A DNA stretch of 55,790 bases, filler included, from Sphacelaria rigidula (taxonomy: Eukaryota), in the NCBI GenBank assembly GCA_964200075.2. It is 6 parts of 6 records of this genome, joined end to end, with 100 filler letters (N's around TTAATTAATTAA, not from the genome) between each part and the next. Parts side by side here need not be neighbours in the genome. Positions count along the whole stretch, not along the records: positions 1 to 9,216 come from CAXNAA020009023.1; positions 9,317 to 18,531 come from CAXNAA020009024.1; 4 more parts are not named here. The stretch is one strand, 5' to 3'. Of this stretch, positions 1-9,335 are shown one piece after another. A model generated the notes under the pieces. That model made no database searches. It had not been told where the DNA came from and was given only the letters and a program-made list of their open reading frames with translations. The position numbers and the translations under genes are program-made. Positions within the stretch are counted from its first letter, which is position 1. The number at the start of each line of letters is the position of its first letter.

Positions 1-63
1 TGCGTGGTCAATGGTCGAACGACTAGGGCAAACAACAAATGAGTACGCCCCCCCCTCCCCTCC
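1..63 (+). repeat. C-tract-capped ~75-nt repeat module (family E)
   Basis: TGCGTGGTCAATGGTCGAACGACTAGGGCAAACAACAAATGAGTACGCCCCCCC; near-identical copies at 16759-16833 and on the minus strand at 37262-37330, 39500-39563, 54950-55018. Confidence 0.85.
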
Positions 64-256
64 GATTGATTTCGCACTATTAGGGTCTCATAGAGTTCAA
101 CATCGTCGTTCTTTCGTCTCCCGATTGGGACACTTTATCTTTGTATTTTCACTCAGAATAGCGAGTGTTCTGGCAGAAGTTGGACGCAAATGAAATGGCG
201 AGTTATTACCAACAATGCCTTCCCACGTTATGAACACCCGTTCTTCTTCGCAGCCT

Positions 257-260
<4 letters not shown>

Positions 261-297
<37 letters not shown>
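261..297. repeat. (TG)n microsatellite
   Basis: Direct reading. Confidence 0.97.
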
Positions 298-298
<1 letters not shown>

Positions 299-341
299 GA
301 CTTTTTCGGCGATACTTGTCCGCAGGTCTCACGTCGCCATA

Positions 342-876
342 CTTCCTCTGTCCCGTAAGTAAAGGTACCTAAATTTGTACGGGCCCTTACTTATGTCCGA
401 TTGTTTGTTTGTTTTTTAATGACCTCTACGGTGTTGTTTGGGTCAAGAAGACGTATTTAAAAATTGCAACTCGTGCTTGAACCATGCCGCCGAACGGCTG
501 CAAAAAAAGTAGTCGGCCCAAAAATGGCTGTTTTTTGCCCCTTTCCAAGGGGAAAAAAAGTGTCGATTTTTCGCCCCCCTTTTTTTTTTATCGCGTGGGA
601 CTTCCTGGCAGCAAGCCCCAGGAAAGGCGGGGGCGATGAAGAAAATCCCCCCCCAAAAAATCGACACTTTTTTCTCCTCGGAAAGGGGCAAAAAACGGCC
701 ATTTTTGGGCCGACTACTTGTTTTGCAGTCGTTCGGTGGCATGGTTCAAGCCCGAGCTGCAAATTTTAAACGCATTTTAAAACAACACCGTAGAATTCAT
801 GAAAAAAAAGAAAGCGATCGGACATCATTAAGAGCCCGTACAAATTTAGACACATTTACTTATGGGACAGAGGAAA
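342..876. mobile_element. Stowaway-like (Tc1/mariner) palindromic MITE
   Basis: TA|CTTCCTCTGTCCC...GGGACAGAGGAAA|TA termini. Arms stay reverse-complementary almost to the centre (~610). TA flanks both ends. Confidence 0.85.
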
Positions 877-1036
877 TATATCTTTAGCTGTAATAACTCA
901 AAGTGTATCGAACAATGTTCTTGTGAAATTGGAAATCTAGCGTTGGTTGAGATTGAGTTTTATCATTCGCTCTAACTTGACCATTTTTCACTCTGTGTGT
1001 GGTTTTTTTGCCTGTAATATTGTCGTGCGCTTACAG

Positions 1037-1094
1037 CTACACGTCGATATCTGATCACCACAAGCTTCACCGGCAAGCTATAACTACAGGAAAC
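1037..1094 (+). CDS. Candidate internal exon, unknown protein (YTSISDHHKLHRQAITTGN)
   Basis: TTACAG acceptor, GTACCG donor; ends phase 0, in frame with exon 1355-1453. Confidence 0.4.
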
Positions 1095-1354
1095 GTACCG
1101 GGCCTCGTGTGGGGCATTTCATTCCTATTAAAGATAAACTATTTCATTAATTAATTGGCCGCTTCTCACTCTCAATCGTATCCTAGGCTCTTATTTTTCA
1201 CGAGAATATTGTTGTTACTCGAATGTAACGAATTATTGGAGGTACTGACGACCAGGATTTGACACTCGCTAAGCAGTCGTTTTTGTCCGCGACTCAATAC
1301 TACCACGACCATGTTGGCGTCGATTTATGGTGGATTACGTGGCAAATCCTACAG

Positions 1355-1453
1355 GAGGAAGAACGATTGTACAAACTGGATCTTGCCGCAGACAGCGACG
1401 ATGATAGCGACCGGGGTTCCGGAGAAAGTTCGGGCGATGATGACGAGGACTCG
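1355..1453 (+). CDS. Exon of unknown acidic protein (EEERLYKLDLAADSDDDSDRGSGESSGDDDEDS)
   Basis: CTACAG acceptor, GTCAGT donor, 99 nt phase 0-0, coding-like composition. Confidence 0.7.
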
Positions 1454-1606
1454 GTCAGTGCAGCGCGCACTGTGAAGCAAACATTCGCGGGCACGTTGTT
1501 GTGCATTAAATTGTCATTTTCATTGTCAGGGTAGTGCTGCGCGTTTGCGAATCGCATGCACTTTCCCTGTATTCTTGACACTGTTGTCGCCTACTTTGAC
1601 TCCAGT

Positions 1607-2074
1607 CACTCAGAAACAGCCGATCTTCGAGATTGAGGATGAAGCTTTTCATTGTGTATGAGAACCCGGAGGACTAAAACCTTTGTATACACACCAAAGC
1701 TTCGAAATATGGTTCCATTTTTTCACCTACTGGTAGCTATTGACAACTGCTATACGCCCAACAAATTTGGATTTCGAAAACTGAAATGTTGGGGTCCCAG
1801 ATGAAGATTTTGTTTTGGGAAATTTAGGTGATTCGATCGGATCGCCGAAATTCCCCGAAATTGGTTTTTCACCTACCTAGGATCTCAACACTTCGGTAAT
1901 TGAAATCCAGATTTGTATGGCGTGTATTAATAGTACCTGTTAGTAGCTACCAGTAGGTGAAGGAATGGAACCATATTTCAAAGATTGGTACGGATACGAA
2001 TATTTTAATCGTCCAGGTTCTCATCCTCAATGAAGAGCTTCATCCTCAATTTCGATGATCAGCTGTTCAAGGTG
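1607..2074. mobile_element. Foldback/palindromic MITE (family F)
   Basis: About 200-bp arms are reverse complements (CAGCCGATCTTCGAGATTGAGGATGAAGC vs GCTTCATCCTCAATTTCGATGATCAGCTG); CAC...GTG ends; homologous to 2715-2824 and 2826-3255. Confidence 0.8.
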
Positions 2075-2220
2075 GTTTCGCGTCTTGTGCTTATTTATGC
2101 AGGGGAACAAAGTAGGTTGTCGGTCGCATATTTCACCAAGATGGCGTTGTTGTCCGTGCTCTGGTTCCTGTACCAATCCCATGAGAAACAAACGCAAGCA
2201 ACACCCTACAAAAAAAATAG

Positions 2221-2391
2221 GATGGCGACGAAGAACAAGGGAACTCAGGGGCCACTAAGAAGAAGGCGAAGCCTGCGAAAAGCAGCGCGTACAACCCATT
2301 CGACGAACTTCAAGCAGGTGTCGGTGGCGATATGGAATCCGCGCAAGGAGATGATGACGATTACAACCCCTTCGCCGACTTCATGGACGGG
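2221..2391 (+). CDS. Exon of the same acidic protein (DGDEEQGNSGATKKKAKPAKSSAYNPFDELQAG...YNPFADFMDG)
   Basis: TAG acceptor, GTAAGA donor, 171 nt phase 0-0, in frame with previous exon; two YNPF motifs. Confidence 0.7.
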
Positions 2392-2536
2392 GTAAGACCC
2401 GTACTTGTGCCCCCTTGTGGTTAGGGTAAAAAAATAGGGCTATAAATATTACTCCATGTAGGGGACAGGAGACTCATCCAGTTTCGTGTATTATAGTGGG
2501 TGAAACAACTTCCATGACCCGTAGATGATTAACATG

Positions 2537-2621
2537 TGTTCTTCAGAACGGACTTCACCACCGAGCCACTTCGTCAATGCTGACTAAAGTGGCTTAGTGG
2601 TGGAGTTTGTCTTGACGAACA
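2537..2621 (+). other. 85-nt stem-loop (mini-MITE or pre-miRNA-like)
   Basis: About 40-nt arms around an ATGC loop; several mismatches are G-U compatible on the + transcript. Confidence 0.6.
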
Positions 2622-2714
2622 ACACGAGAATTTTTTAGTTCGTACTCTCGGCGCCTTCTGCGGAATGCCCCTCGCGAACGCTGCCGAAGTGATCAGAGTG
2701 TGCGTGGAACTAAA

Positions 2715-2824
2715 GAAATGGAACCATATTTCGAAGATTTAGTGTGGATACGAAGATTTTAATCCTCCGGGTTCTCATCCTCAATCAAAAGCACCATCCT
2801 CAACATAGATGATTGGCTGTTTTT
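2715..2824. mobile_element. Single arm of foldback family F
   Basis: Matches 1964-2066 (AATGGAACCATATTTC...CATCCTCAA...GATGAT...GCTGTT). Confidence 0.7.
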
Positions 2825-2825
2825 A

Positions 2826-3255
2826 CACGGGATTGTACAAATTAATTGGGGATGGACTTTTTTATTGGGGACGAAAACCCGGAGAATTAAAATCTTCGAC
2901 TCCACACCAAATCTTCAAAACATTGTTCCATTTCTTCACTTTCTGGTAGCTATTGACAACTACTACACGCCATTGAAATTTGGATTTCGATCACCGACAT
3001 GTCGGGGTCCTAGGTGAAAAACCAATTTTGGCGTCCAATCGGATCACTCAAGTCCTCCAAAATTGTCTTTTCACCTAGAACCCCGACATTTCGATCACCA
3101 AATCCAAATTGTGAAGCGTGTAGTAGTTGTCAATAGCTACCAGCAAGTGAAAAAAGGGAACCATGTTTCGAAGATTTGGTGTAGATACGAAGATTTGAAT
3201 TTTCTGGGTTCTCATCCCCAATACATAATCCGTCCCCAATTTTTTAAACCCCGTG
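2826..3255. mobile_element. Foldback/palindromic MITE related to family F
   Basis: CACGGG...CCCGTG termini; arms share GGTAGCTATTGACAACTACTACACGC / GCGTGTAGTAGTTGTCAATAGCTACC. Confidence 0.8.
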
Positions 3256-3283
3256 TTGTGGACGTTCTGACATCTTTCCACAA

Positions 3284-3880
3284 CTATGAGAAATATCTTT
3301 CCTCGACTATGGAAACGAAATGAGTGATCGCGCCGAGAATCGAACTCGCACTTCTTTTCAACATGCGGGTATATACGTACAGTATTATACATTGTTGTCG
3401 TGGGTTTTCTCGAAGTTTGTTGTTGAGGTGAAGATTATTACATGTATGTGCCTTCGCCTCCAACCGCTGCCAAGGGTTTCCTGGAAGGAAGAAGCCGTCC
3501 CCCAACGAAGCTTAACTCATCATGAATGACTGATACATGAGATATTGGCGATGCATGTGCTTACTTGGAAGCTAAACAAATGGTGTTGGCAAGCAAGTTT
3601 TTTTTTTTTGCGAAAGTACACATCAGTTTGTAGATCATCTATTTTTTTGTACGTGGCGAGTGGTTGGCTGGTCGTCCTGGATCTCAAGCTGGTGCTGCCA
3701 CAACTGTATGGCATCGAAAAGTCGGAGTTTCACTTGAAAAAATCTGCACGTTCGCAAGGTCTTCGACGTTTCAAGTATCGATTTGGCGTTCAAAGGAGTC
3801 GAGGCCAGTGCGTGGCCCAGGGTACGATATACCCCATATAGAGTACACACCCGCCACCTCCTCTCCCTACCCATTGGTAG
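3284..3880 (-). pseudogene. Possible decayed hAT transposase C-terminus
   Basis: Translation ...MLKRSASSILGAITHFVSIVEERYFS loosely resembles the hAT dimerisation motif (L..P.TS..SER.FS); many stops and frameshifts. Confidence 0.25.
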
Positions 3881-3920
3881 TGCTGTTCACAAACGCCACT
3901 TCGCGCGCTGAAATTATCAC

Positions 3921-4180
3921 AGCAATGCTACGATAAGGGTGCACTTTTTGCGCAAAATGTTGTCTGGGTGAGGGGCTCCCAACGATTCTAGATGCAGAAG
4001 AACATGGTTCAGGGCACCCCCGTTTGCAAATTCATTCCTGATTCGGGACATTCCCAGCACATTGGAAGGGTAATCCTGGCGTACTTCACATATTTCATAA
4101 GTCATGTTTTGGATGAGATGAAGGGCTCCCAACAAGCATAATCTCGGAAAATATTTGTGCACCCCTACCGTAGCATCCCT
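3921..4180. mobile_element. ~260-bp MITE family A (PIF/Harbinger-like)
   Basis: TIR AGCAATGCTACG(G/A)TA.GG / CCCCTACCGTAGCAT; CAC on both flanks (3-bp TSD); interior homologous to 13910-14162 in reverse. Confidence 0.75.
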
Positions 4181-6852
4181 CACCACTGTTAATGATTACG
4201 CACGGCCCTGTATCTCATACCGCTCGCAGATGGATGACGACTAAGGCTAGAGGTCGCTGGTTCTCAGCACTAATCTTATACGAGCGCTAGCGCGGAAACG
4301 GCATGGCATGTGTCATGTCACTGCCTCACTACCCTTACCAAAAGATGTGCCAAGAGAATATGAGTAGTGTGGTTCGCGTAAGTTCGGTCAATCTACCGCG
4401 TGCGGGAGGGAAAGCAAGCTTCATACTCCGGACGTTTCGGCGGTACTTGGGCCATTGATCGTGCGCGTTTGAGAGAGGACGGAGTGATTCCACCACGCAA
4501 CATTTGCCGATGGCCAGCCGCTCTCTTCCTACCTTGCCGCAGGCGGGACTGGGAACCCATCGCATCATGTGTTGGCGGCGACAGCGGCGTTATTGGCACG
4601 ATGTGCCGACCCTCTCCTCTGCAGCAACAGCCCTTTCCCCACCTTGACTCATTTTGCCTATATATAGGCTTGCACTTTGCTTTCCCCAGGGGGAGGAAAA
4701 AATACCATGTCTTGTCGGTTAATGTTGCGTGGGTGCCGGGGGGTGCCGCAGCCTTCATGCATGCCGTTTGAGCGGGGAGATGTATCAGATAGTGATGGCT
4801 CAAGTTGGCGGTAGCACTTGCTGAGGCCCTTTCCAGGTAGTTGTATCGTACGGTATACATGAAATTGTTGTCAGCATGGAGAAATTACACTCGTGAAACA
4901 GAACAGGTTTACTCGTTTACGAAACAGTCTTTTAGTTTTGGTGTAACTGCGCATCGAGAAGTCGCGCGAGTTTACGAATAGTTTTCGCGTACGTACCACT
5001 TCATTCGCATCGCAGCAGACGTTGGTCGTCATTTTTCTACCCCCTTGCTTTACTTGAATCTATGTGTGCGAGGGAGTTTCATGTTGTAGGGATGTGCAGA
5101 AGTTGGCGTTTTATGAAAGAAATCTAGCGACGAAGACAGCGGCCCCACCTAGCTTAAAATATTTGTGAGAGTGGACTGATCCGCGTGTGTGTACCACTGT
5201 TAGTACTTTGTAGCACCGTACTCTTCGATTATAAAGGAGTGAGACCCTGGCTTCCGGCTTCCGGGCCCCTCATCGACACATCGCTGCATGATATAACCTC
5301 GGGAGCCCTCATTCAGAAAATGAGGAACCACAACCGAAATCTGGAACGGGGATTCTTCACCGGCTTGCCCCTTCTTGTCGTTTGTCGAGGCATCTGTGTG
5401 TTCCGGACATGGTCCATCCGGTAACTCTGCATTTGTTCAAGCTTGCGTGCAACTTGTGATCATACCTACAACGGAAGCCGTACCACCAATCCTCCGTATT
5501 TACCACTTTTCCGAAGTCACCTCTGTACACGATCCGGAAATAAGCGTACCCAGTCCATGCTGGGGCACCACTCGTGAAAATATTGGGCGTACAACCCTTG
5601 CAACGCTCGGGACGCAGGATGAGCAGCAACAGCGTGCCGCATCTGTCAACGCTGGCCTAGTGCTGATTCATCCCAGCGGCTGGAACATCAAAACTTCAGA
5701 CCAACTATGCGCCCTGACTACGGAAATACCACCCCCTAATTTTGCAGTTCCGTTTTTTATGTACACGGTAAAGGTACAAGGACTACGGATATTTATACTT
5801 GTCATACTATTGCCATGATACCCGCGTGAAGACAATCAAGTGCGGTGCTGCACTACTGCACAAAGTCCGAGTGTTGCCGGGTACACATCCCTTCATTACA
5901 ATTCTCGAAGAACACGAGAGAAAAAAAAAGCCCAGACGGCAAGGGGATCGAAAAAGACGCATAACACGTCATGCACATCGCCAAAGAAATTGCGGAAGCG
6001 TTTCGATCCTATCACGGCACACCACCACACGCACAGAAAAAAAGAAGAAGCAACACTGCGCCGTATATTCGTCGCAAAGGACATGTCACCAACCAGATCC
6101 AGAGAATCACTGAGGGAGGCGCCAAACGCACGCAACAATTTCCCCCCCCGCAATATCCACAACACGTAACGGCACTGAAACTGAGCCTCGATCACTTCTC
6201 GTAACTGCTCCTGTGCCCCCTTCCCTTCAAAGAACAAACATCAGCCCTTGACTGCACGGATAATGACATATACTTCTCTTTCCTCGACGGCACACGCTTC
6301 CCGCAAGGCGCGCGCTCTAGACCCGATAAGATGACAAGGAATTAGGAGACACGAGTACATCGCCCGCGAGGCTTCCAAACATCGAAGCTCAATAGCCACG
6401 GTCATGACTGCTGCTCACTGCCAGCAATGCCTCGGCTTCCCTCAACCACGTCGCATCGCCGTCTCCATCTCTACTCCTGTCAGGCCGTACTCTCCCCACA
6501 CCGCGGCCATCAGCGCGAACGTCATGAGTATCACCGGCGCTCACGCCCTCCCCAGCGGATCCCATGGCGATGCTATCGGCATCATCTAAAGCAGTAGAAT
6601 TACCACGCGTATCGTGACGATCGGCACTCGTTCTGTGTTGACGTGCTGCTCGCTTTTTCGCGCCGGTATTAGAGGTGGAAGGTGCAGTGGTAGGGCGGTC
6701 AGTGCCCTGCTTCGATAGCTCGCTGAGCGCGCGCTGTGCGGCCTTGCGCCCTCGCTTCTCGAGCACCTCGCGCACCTATCATTAATACACGAGGAAATAA
6801 AGTAACAGCATCACGCTATGTAAAATTCATGGGGAACATATCATGTGTACTA

Positions 6853-8010
6853 CAAGAGTTTCTTCGGCACGGGACGGTTCGTCCCGTGAGATTCCGTCCC
6901 ATCCCGAAATATGAAACCCATCCCGTGATATCCTGTCCCGTCGTCACGATTTCAGTACGTCTCAAGACCCCAAACTCAACGCGAAGAGACGGGAAAAGTA
7001 AAAATAACTTGGCATTGATTCTTCGGCGCACGAACAAAACAACCAACAGCAGTATTGGCATAAAGCAGGCGCTAACAGTGAGTCAATCGAAGGGGAACAG
7101 AGGAACCTAGTTCGGTAAGACTTTACCAAGTAACAAAGCCAACACCCTCATCATGAACCGAGACAATTTTGGTCGATGGCTGGGCTTTCTTGGTTGTAGC
7201 AAGCGTCTCTCCTGACTTTCCGCTTGTATTCTTCATGATCATGACGGTTCCTGCCTGGACTGTACTGCACATGAGTGCCGCAAACTGAAAAGCTGTATAC
7301 ATAATGCGACTTTTGCATGAAGGTGTATTTCATACGCTATTTTCCAAGCCTGGAGTACAGTACTGACGACTGTACGTATCGAGGCCAGTGTAGCAGCTGA
7401 CGGTACTTTGACAGCGTGTTGATATCATCTTTTGTACGGCACTGACTACTGTACTGTACTCTACAATAGTCCGCCGCCATGTGACGGGAAAATCCTACCC
7501 CATTCACGGGACATCCCGTGAGGACGGGACGGAAGGTCCCGTGACACAACGGGAAAATATTAGCAGTGATGTCACGGCAGTGGTTGCACACTGCGGCCCA
7601 GTTTCTCATTGAGGAACTTCCCAAGTTAGGAGCTACACGAGGATATCAGTCACGACATCCCCGTTCTAAAACTTCCCTCGAGACATCCCTAGCTCATCTG
7701 AATGCCTCTCGTAGAGTCCTTTCACATCTTCCATGAGTCGTTTTTCGGATGAGATGAAGGGTCTGTCACGGTTCGAACCTGAGAAATCTTTGGTGCAACC
7801 CTACCGTTGCGTGACTACCAGGGGCACCCCCTGAGAACGGGAAAGGAACGGGAGAAACTGGGTCTGGGCCGGGACGGACGGGACGGGTACTTTTCCTCTT
7901 GATTTAACAAATGACGGGACGGGAAACTTGTCATATGTCCGGACGGAATGGGCCACCCCGTCCCGTCACGACAATCATCCCGTGAGATTTCCGTCTTGTG
8001 AGAACCCCTG
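6853..8010. mobile_element. Non-autonomous hAT-like element with CGGGAC/GTCCCG subterminal repeats
   Basis: Termini CAAGAGTTTCT / AGAACCCCTG; clustered CGGGAC(G) motifs at both ends; flanks GTGTACTA and GTGAATTT match 5/8. Confidence 0.55.
7565..7816. mobile_element. MITE family A copy nested in the hAT-like element
   Basis: AGTGATGTCACGGCAGTGGTTGCAC...GTGCAACCCTACCGTTGCGTGACT; shares GGATGAGATGAAGGG with 4111-4125. Confidence 0.7.
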
Positions 8011-8071
8011 GTGAATTTCTCCCTCGATTGAGTTCTCTGCGAATAATCCCACCAATCCCCGTGGTCATTTT

Positions 8072-8514
8072 CCTGCGCTTTTATGCCGCGGTGCCATAGT
8101 CAAAATCGTCGAAGCCCACAACCCCCGACACATCGCGACGATGAGAGTCAACTCTTTTGCATAACGTACCGTCACACACATGGGGGCAGCATATCTAGTC
8201 GTTAGGCATAGGGTAGATCATGATGGCTACGCTGTTGTCATTGACGTCAGAGGCAGAGTTCTAACGTCGTTTGCCGCCCGGCTGGAGATTTCGAGAGTAT
8301 CTAATCGGCGCGTAAGCGATGCAAAAACTCATCATCCGTCACGCTCGGTAGCAGCATGATGGCCACAGTGCATGCCAGCCCCAAGGGTTGATTTGCTGCT
8401 CCCGCGAGTATGTCGGAACGGCATACCCGGGAGCTAGCTCCAGTCGTCACGGTGTATGGGGAATCATGACCTGTGTGAGGATCTTAGCTATGTCACAGCG
8501 GCATAAAAGCACGG
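8072..8514. mobile_element. Old diverged foldback element
   Basis: GCTTTTATGCCGCGGTGCCATAG vs CTATGTCACAGCGGCATAAAAGC; complementarity traceable inward to centre near 8293. Confidence 0.65.
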
Positions 8515-8639
8515 ACTACCCGCCATATGGGTAAATTGGATTCAACAAGAAAAAAAAAAGAGTCCATACCCCCTTGGAAGAGAGTTACCCATGGCTTGTC
8601 GGACGTGTGCGACTTTTCCTGCAACAACTGCACCACCTG

Positions 8640-9216
8640 CCTCACCGCTAATCATCGAAGCAGCGGGCCAGAGGTACGCCTAGAAAACTGGAGTCCGATA
8701 CTTGGGTGGGTTCGTCAGCGAAGAGGGCGAACTCAAGCAAGAAATCAACAATCGGAGCAGAGCAGCGTGGGCTAACATCAGGAAGTTCTCCCGGGAGATC
8801 TTCGACCGACCGAAAGCACCGTGGAGACTTGAGGTCCGACTGCTGAAAGCGGAGGCGATGGAGGCCCTACTATACGGATGCATGACGTGGGCCCCGCGCC
8901 GCGAACACTACGACTTGCTGAGAAAGGCACAACACCGGCTCCTCTCGCGAGTCATCGGGTACCGCCGAGTGCGCGGCACATACCAACAGTTTTTGTTTGC
9001 ACAGACCCTCTAGAAGACCGGATGCCAAAGTGCCGAAGCCATCGTCCGGCAATGCTGCTGTTCGCGGGAGCCCTGGCTAGACAACCGGACGGACGACTAC
9101 CGAAGCGAGTAGCATTCGGAACACCAGTCGGGGGGAGGGATCCAGGACCAGGGTGCCCGGAACAAAACTGGCTAAAGTGCCTGAGGGACGGTCTCCACGC
9201 TTTCGGAGCCACAGAC
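8640..9216 (+). mobile_element. RTE-clade LINE, post-RT C-terminal fragment (decayed)
   Basis: YLGG..EINNRSRAAW..ALLYGCMTW..HRLLSRVIG..LLFAGALARQPDGRLPKRVAFG..NWLKCLRDGL, the typical RTE ORF tail; in-frame stop and frameshift; cut by contig end. Confidence 0.85.
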
Positions 9217-9316
9217 NNNNNNNNNNNNNNNNNNNNNNNNNNNNNNNNNNNNNNNNNNNNTTAATTAATTAANNNNNNNNNNNNNNNNNNNNNNNNNNNN
9301 NNNNNNNNNNNNNNNN
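9217..9316. other. Artificial contig spacer (N44-TTAATTAATTAA-N44)
   Basis: Same 100-nt spacer at 18532, 27847, 37162, 46477; the 12-mer gives stops in all six frames. Confidence 0.98.
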
Positions 9317-9335
9317 CCCCTACCGTAGCATTGCT
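9317..9335. mobile_element. Terminus of MITE family A inserted in Gypsy RT
   Basis: CCCCTACCGTAGCATTGCT abuts RT codons just before the expected YxDD motif. Confidence 0.7.

Noticed and set aside
443..887. Mirror-image ORFs on both strands
   Set aside because: By-product of the palindromic MITE, not genes.
5185..6775. Possible decayed gene or TE ORF on the minus strand
   Set aside because: Broken frames with no recognisable motif.
9261..9272. TTAATTAATTAA as a biological motif
   Set aside because: Artificial linker inside N spacers.
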